Shown here: positions 59,805 through 64,000 of the stretch, in pieces
Layout: the number at the start of each line of letters is the position of its first letter
Numbering within the stretch: position 1 is the stretch's first letter
Source: an uncultured Pelagibacteraceae bacterium
GTDB lineage: Bacteria > Pseudomonadota > Alphaproteobacteria > Pelagibacterales > Pelagibacteraceae
Assembly: GCA_902576335.1 (NCBI GenBank)
Contig: CACGVC010000005.1
Coordinates: 204 to 64,203, forward strand
Length of the DNA stretch: 64,000 nucleotides
Direction: 5' to 3'
The notes under the pieces: generated by a model
Database searches by the model: none
What the model saw: only the letters and a program-made list of their open reading frames with translations
What the model was told of the DNA's origin: nothing
Made by a program: the position numbers and the translations under genes

Positions 59805-60496
59805 TTAAAAAGAAGAAAAAAAATAATATAATTGATTTTCCCCCAAAATTATCAAATGTTGAAAAAGAAATTGAAGCAATAATTTTTGCTGCAGCTGAAC
59901 CTTTAGACATTAGTACTATTGAAAGTAAAATTTCTAAAAAATCAGATGTAGAAAAAATTCTAAAAAAACTACAAAATGAATATAAAGATCGAGGAATAAA
60001 TTTAGTTTGTATATCTAATAAATGGTCTTTTCGAACGTCAGCCAAATTGTCAAGTTTGATGGTACAAGAAAAGACTGTTGAAAAAAAATTATCTAGGGCT
60101 GCAATAGAAACTTTATCAATTATTGTTTACCATCAACCTGTAACCCGAGCAGAAATTGAGGAAATTAGAGGTGTAGCTTTTGGAACAAATACTATTGAGA
60201 TACTCATGGAATTAGATTGGGTGAAGCCTGGTGGAAGAAAAGATGTTCCTGGAAAACCAATCCAATACGTTACAACTGACAATTTTCTAAGTCATTTTAA
60301 CCTTCAAAAGTTATCTGATTTACCTACTGTTGATGAGTTAGGAGCCGCAGGTTTAATTGATAGCGCTAATATAGATAATGCAATATTTGGTACAGGAAAA
60401 TTTTACAAGGAAAAACAAGAAGAAAAAAAAGAGGACATTTACTCAAATATTGATGAAATGTTGAGTAGCACTCTTGATAAGGATGAGCAAAAGTAA
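59801..60496 (+). CDS. scpB: Segregation and condensation protein B
   Basis: EAIIFAA, LSRAAIETLSIIVYHQPVTRAEIEEIRGV, PGKP..Y.TT..FL. Confidence 0.95.
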   Translation: MIKKKKKNNIIDFPPKLSNVEKEIEAIIFAAAEPLDISTIESKISKKSDVEKILKKLQNEYKDRGINLVCISNKWSFRTSAKLSSLMVQEKTVEKKLSRAAIETLSIIVYHQPVTRAEIEEIRGVAFGTNTIEILMELDWVKPGGRKDVPGKPIQYVTTDNFLSHFNLQKLSDLPTVDELGAAGLIDSANIDNAIFGTGKFYKEKQEEKKEDIYSNIDEMLSSTLDKDEQK

Positions 60497-60538
60497 TTTG
60501 CTACTTTAAATTTTAAATAAAAAGGTTATAAGTTATTC

Positions 60539-60748
60539 ATGAGCATAGGAATTTGGCAAATAGCTATAGTAGTTATATTAGTTGTTTTACTATTTGGTCG
60601 TGGGAAAATATCTAGTTTGATGGGCGATGTAGCCAAGGGTATTAAAAGTTTCAAAAAAGGTATGGCATCTGATGTAACAGATGAGTCAGAACCTAAAAAT
60701 ATTTCTGACGAGAATCAGGACAATAATAAATCTAACAACAAAGAATAA
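60539..60748 (+). CDS. tatA: Twin-arginine translocase TatA
   Basis: WQIAIV...LLFGRGKI...[14 protein letters not shown]. Confidence 0.94.
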   Translation: MSIGIWQIAIVVILVVLLFGRGKISSLMGDVAKGIKSFKKGMASDVTDESEPKNISDENQDNNKSNNKE

Positions 60749-60753
60749 ACCAC

Positions 60754-60963
60754 ATGCCTACAATTGGTTGGTTTGAAATTTTAATTGTCGTAGGTATTGC
60801 TATTGTTATTCTGGGACCAAAAGACTTTCCAATAATGCTTAAAAAGGTTGGCTCTTGGATTGGTACTGCTAAAAGGTATGTCAATAATATTCAAAATGAA
60901 GTTTCTAACATCGATATTGATGAAGAGATGAAAGAAAAAAAAGAAGAAAAGAAAAATGACTAA
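60754..60963 (+). CDS. tatB: Twin-arginine translocase TatB (short)
   Basis: IGWFEIL...ILGPKDFP. Confidence 0.9.
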   Translation: MPTIGWFEILIVVGIAIVILGPKDFPIMLKKVGSWIGTAKRYVNNIQNEVSNIDIDEEMKEKKEEKKND

Positions 60964-61732
60964 CGATGATAAAGATACAGGTTTTATTAGTCATTTAGCC
61001 GAATTAAGAAAAAGGTTAATACACAGTTTCATATTTCTAATTATTTTTTTTGTAGGATGTTATTTTTTTGCTGAGCATATTTATGGTTTTTTGGTTGAAC
61101 CTTATGCTAAAGCAGTCAAAGAAGATGAGACAAATAGAAGATTAATATTTACTGCTCTTCAAGAGACCTTTTTAACTTATTTGAAAGTTTCTTTTTTCAC
61201 TGCTTTTTTTGTAACCTGTCCATATATTTTAATGCAAATATGGAAGTTTATTGCGCCAGGACTTTATAAGCATGAAAAAATCGCGATTTTACCTTATTTA
61301 GTTTTAACACCTGTATTATTTTTTTTAGGAGGGTTACTTGTCTATTACCTGATAATGCCTCTAGCAATTAAATTTTTTCTTTCATTTGAAAGCTCAGGTG
61401 TTTCTACCAATTTACCAATCCAATTAGAGGCTAAAGTGAACGAATATCTCTCTTTAGTTATGAAATTAATTTTTGCTTTTGGAATAAGTTTTCAGCTCCC
61501 AGTTGTTTTAAGTTTGCTAGCAAGAGTCGGATTAATTGACTCTGATTTTTTAAAAAAAAGAAGGAAATATGTTGTTGTAATTATATTTGCAGCTGCCGCA
61601 TTATTAACACCACCCGATCCAATAACTCAGATTGGATTAGCGATACCTTTACTAATTTTATATGAATTATCAATTTTTTCAGTAAGGTTTATTGAAAATA
61701 AAAATTTAGAAAAATCTGATGCACAATCTTAA
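60956..61732 (+). CDS. tatC: Twin-arginine translocase TatC
   Basis: HLAELRKRL, QIWKFIAPGLYKHEK, FQLP, TPPDPITQ. Confidence 0.96.
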   Translation: MTNDDKDTGFISHLAELRKRLIHSFIFLIIFFVGCYFFAEHIYGFLVEPYAKAVKEDETNRRLIFTALQETFLTYLKVSFFTAFFVTCPYILMQIWKFIAPGLYKHEKIAILPYLVLTPVLFFLGGLLVYYLIMPLAIKFFLSFESSGVSTNLPIQLEAKVNEYLSLVMKLIFAFGISFQLPVVLSLLARVGLIDSDFLKKRRKYVVVIIFAAAALLTPPDPITQIGLAIPLLILYELSIFSVRFIENKNLEKSDAQS

Positions 61733-62978
61733 AGAGATTAGAAAAGATTTTAATGATTTTAAAAAGTCTTTAGCAAAAAGATCTATTGAAATAGATCTTC
61801 CAAATTTAGAAAAATTAGACAAAAAAAATAGAGAATTAATTCAAAAAAAAGAATCTTTAGAGCAAGAAAAAAAAGAAATATCCAAATCTAAAGATAAATC
61901 ATTGTTTGAAAAATCAAAAAAATTATCTCAAGATATTGATGAGATTATAGAAGAGCAAAAAAAAATTAAAATAGAATTAGATAGTATTTTATCAAATATT
62001 CCAAATATTCCACACAAGGATGTTCCGATTGGTAAAGATGAAAATGACAATATTGAAGTCATGAAATCTGGAACAATCCCAAATTTTGATTTTAAAGTTA
62101 AAAGTCATTATGAATTAGGTGAATATCTTGGCATGCTTGATTTTGAATTAGCAACAAAGACTACCGGATCAAGATTTGTTTTTGTGAGAGATAAACTAGC
62201 TTTATTGGAAAGAGCATTATCAAATTTTATGTTAGATACTCATGTAACTAAAAATGGTTATAGTGAAATATCACCGCCATTATTAGCTTCAGAAACCACT
62301 ATGTATGGCACAGGACAATTACCTAAATTCGAAAATGATCAATTTGAAGTTAAAATCGAGGAGGGAAATGAAAGAAAATTTCTTATACCAACAGCTGAGG
62401 TGATTTTAACAAACATTGTTAAAGATAAAATTATAAATCAAAAAGATTTACCAATGAGATTTGTTGCTTCAACGCCTTGTTTTAGAAAAGAGGCAGGTAG
62501 TTACGGTAAGGACACTAAGGGGATGATAAGACAACATCAATTTTATAAAGTTGAACTTGTTAGTATTGTAGAGCAAGATAATTGTCTAGAGGAACTTGAA
62601 AGAATGACTAATTGTGCGACTAGTATTTTGGATTTACTTGAATTACCTTATCGAAAAGTTATCCTATGTAGTGGTGATATGGGATTTAGTGCAGAAAAAA
62701 CTTATGATTTAGAAGTATGGTTGCCATCGGAGAATAGATATCGTGAAATATCCTCTTGTTCTTCTTGTTCTACATTTCAAGCGAGTAGAATGAAAGCAAG
62801 ATATAAAACTCAAAATAAAGACACAAAGCATGTTGGTACATTAAATGGTAGTGGTCTAGCAATAGGTAGAACTTTGATCGCAATTTTAGAAAACTATCAA
62901 GAAAAGGATGGCTCTATTCTAATCCCAAAAGCGTTACGTCCTTATATGAATAATTTAGAAAAAATTTCACTTAAATAA
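61719..62978 (+). CDS. serS: Serine--tRNA ligase
   Basis: LIPTAEV, FRKEAG, RQHQF.KVE, YREISSCS, TLNGSGLAIGR. Confidence 0.97.
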   Translation: MHNLKEIRKDFNDFKKSLAKRSIEIDLPNLEKLDKKNRELIQKKESLEQEKKEISKSKDKSLFEKSKKLSQDIDEIIEEQKKIKIELDSILSNIPNIPHKDVPIGKDENDNIEVMKSGTIPNFDFKVKSHYELGEYLGMLDFELATKTTGSRFVFVRDKLALLERALSNFMLDTHVTKNGYSEISPPLLASETTMYGTGQLPKFENDQFEVKIEEGNERKFLIPTAEVILTNIVKDKIINQKDLPMRFVASTPCFRKEAGSYGKDTKGMIRQHQFYKVELVSIVEQDNCLEELERMTNCATSILDLLELPYRKVILCSGDMGFSAEKTYDLEVWLPSENRYREISSCSSCSTFQASRMKARYKTQNKDTKHVGTLNGSGLAIGRTLIAILENYQEKDGSILIPKALRPYMNNLEKISLK

Positions 62979-63032
62979 AGTTGTTTTAATTCTTTAGATA
63001 GTATAAATATTCAAACTAAAATTAGGAGTTTT

Positions 63033-63320
63033 ATGGATAGTTCAGGATTTGGTCAGTTTATACCGTTAATATTAATTTTTGTAATATTTTATTTTTTCCT
63101 TATTAGACCTCAACAAAAAAAAGTAAAAGAACATAGGGCTATGGTCGAAAATTTAAAAAAAGGAGATAAAGTTGTAACATCAGGTGGAATAACTGGGATT
63201 ATCACAAGAGTTGTAGATAATGATAAAGTTGAGGTTGAAATTGCAGAAAATGTAACTGTTGAAGTCATAAGAGGCACAGGAATTCAAAGCTTAATGAATT
63301 CTCAAGAACCAAAGAAATAG
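63033..63320 (+). CDS. yajC: Preprotein translocase subunit YajC
   Basis: FYFFLIRPQQKK, LKKGDKVVTSGGI; AGGAG RBS. Confidence 0.95.
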   Translation: MDSSGFGQFIPLILIFVIFYFFLIRPQQKKVKEHRAMVENLKKGDKVVTSGGITGIITRVVDNDKVEVEIAENVTVEVIRGTGIQSLMNSQEPKK

Positions 63321-63334
63321 TCTAATTTAATAGT

Positions 63335-64000
63335 GTGTTATATTTTTCTAAATTAAAGATAACTTTCATTCTAATTATATCTTTATTTTTAATTTTGATT
63401 GCATCATCCAATTTATTTAAATTTGATAATAATTTTCTTAAAAGGAATATAAATCTTGGTTTAGATCTTCAAGGTGGATCTTATCTTTTATTAGAAATTG
63501 ATAATAAACCTGTTATTGAGCAAAAACTTCAAAATTTAACGATTACTTTACGAGATTATTTTAAAGGAAAAAATATAAAGTTAGTAAATTTTATACTTCA
63601 AAATGAAAAAATTCTATTTAAAGTTAATGAGAAGGATAAACAAAAAGTCCTAGATATATTCAATGATAAAAAAAGTGAAATAAATCCTTATTATGAAAGA
63701 TTTAAATCACACCAACTAGAAATAGCTGAAGAGAATGATTTTTTAAGTGTAATTTTTTCTAAGCAAGGTTTAATAAAACTCAAAACATCTTCACAGGAAC
63801 AGGCTCTCGAAATAGTAAGAAGGAGAATAGATGAAGTGGGAACGAATGAACCCAATATTCTCAAAAGAGGAAATGACAGAATATTAGTAGAACTTCCTGG
63901 CCTTGATGATCCTATGAGAATAAAAACTTTATTAGGAAAAACCGCTAACCTTACATTTAGATTTGTTTCTAATAACAATGAAGATTCATTTGGTAATGAA
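63335..64000 (+). CDS. secD: Protein translocase subunit SecD (5' part, runs off the window)
   Basis: GTG start MLYFSKLK; LGLDLQGGSYLLLE, RRRIDEVGTNEP, RILVELPG; not in the supplied ORF track. Confidence 0.93.
   Translation, partial: MLYFSKLKITFILIISLFLILIASSNLFKFDNNFLKRNINLGLDLQGGSYLLLEIDNKPVIEQKLQNLTITLRDYFKGKNIKLVNFILQNEKILFKVNEKDKQKVLDIFNDKKSEINPYYERFKSHQLEIAEENDFLSVIFSKQGLIKLKTSSQEQALEIVRRRIDEVGTNEPNILKRGNDRILVELPGLDDPMRIKTLLGKTANLTFRFVSNNNEDSFGNE

Noticed and set aside
63691-63978. 95-aa minus-strand ORF at the window end
   Set aside because: Antisense shadow of secD

Overview
Very AT-rich, tightly packed alphaproteobacterial chromosome segment. Gene content, gene order and tiny intergenic spacers are typical of SAR11 / Ca. 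Pelagibacter (inference). Most of the window is core backbone: trp genes, lexA, ppiD, tpiA-secG-pyrG-kdsA-eno-ftsB-lipA-ratA, cinA-pgpA-ispDF, ntrYX-trkAH, tRNA-Arg, aapJQMP, an XRE regulator, tRNA-Asn/Cys, valS-ilvD-manC, and xth-erpA-dgt-argS-nagZ-scpAB-tatABC-serS-yajC-secD. Between manC and zur lies a ~17 kb phosphate-stress block (31138-48410). It holds a lipid kinase, plcP-agt lipid remodelling genes, phoR, an unknown secreted protein, pstSCAB-phoU-phoB, sixA, ppk1-ppx, a 69-aa protein with 25 lysines, and an ArsR-less operon (3-TM protein, arsC, aquaporin, Nudix). A Zur-boxed zinc locus follows (zur-znuBC / znuA-COG0523-WD40-small Cys/His protein). Points of most interest: (i) a break near 3490-3502 that truncates both lexA and trpE (inversion or amplification/assembly chimera); (ii) the same 11-bp-periodic Pho-box-like repeats before plcP, pstS, the ars-like operon and an apparently gene-less spacer ending in a perfect 14-bp hairpin (candidate Pho-regulated sRNA); (iii) a possible polyphosphate accessory module (SixA, Lys-rich protein, Nudix around ppk1/ppx); (iv) an 86-aa protein in the usual ftsN/SPOR slot. 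No CRISPR, integrase or IS element was seen. All calls come from motif recognition by eye; no database searches were run.
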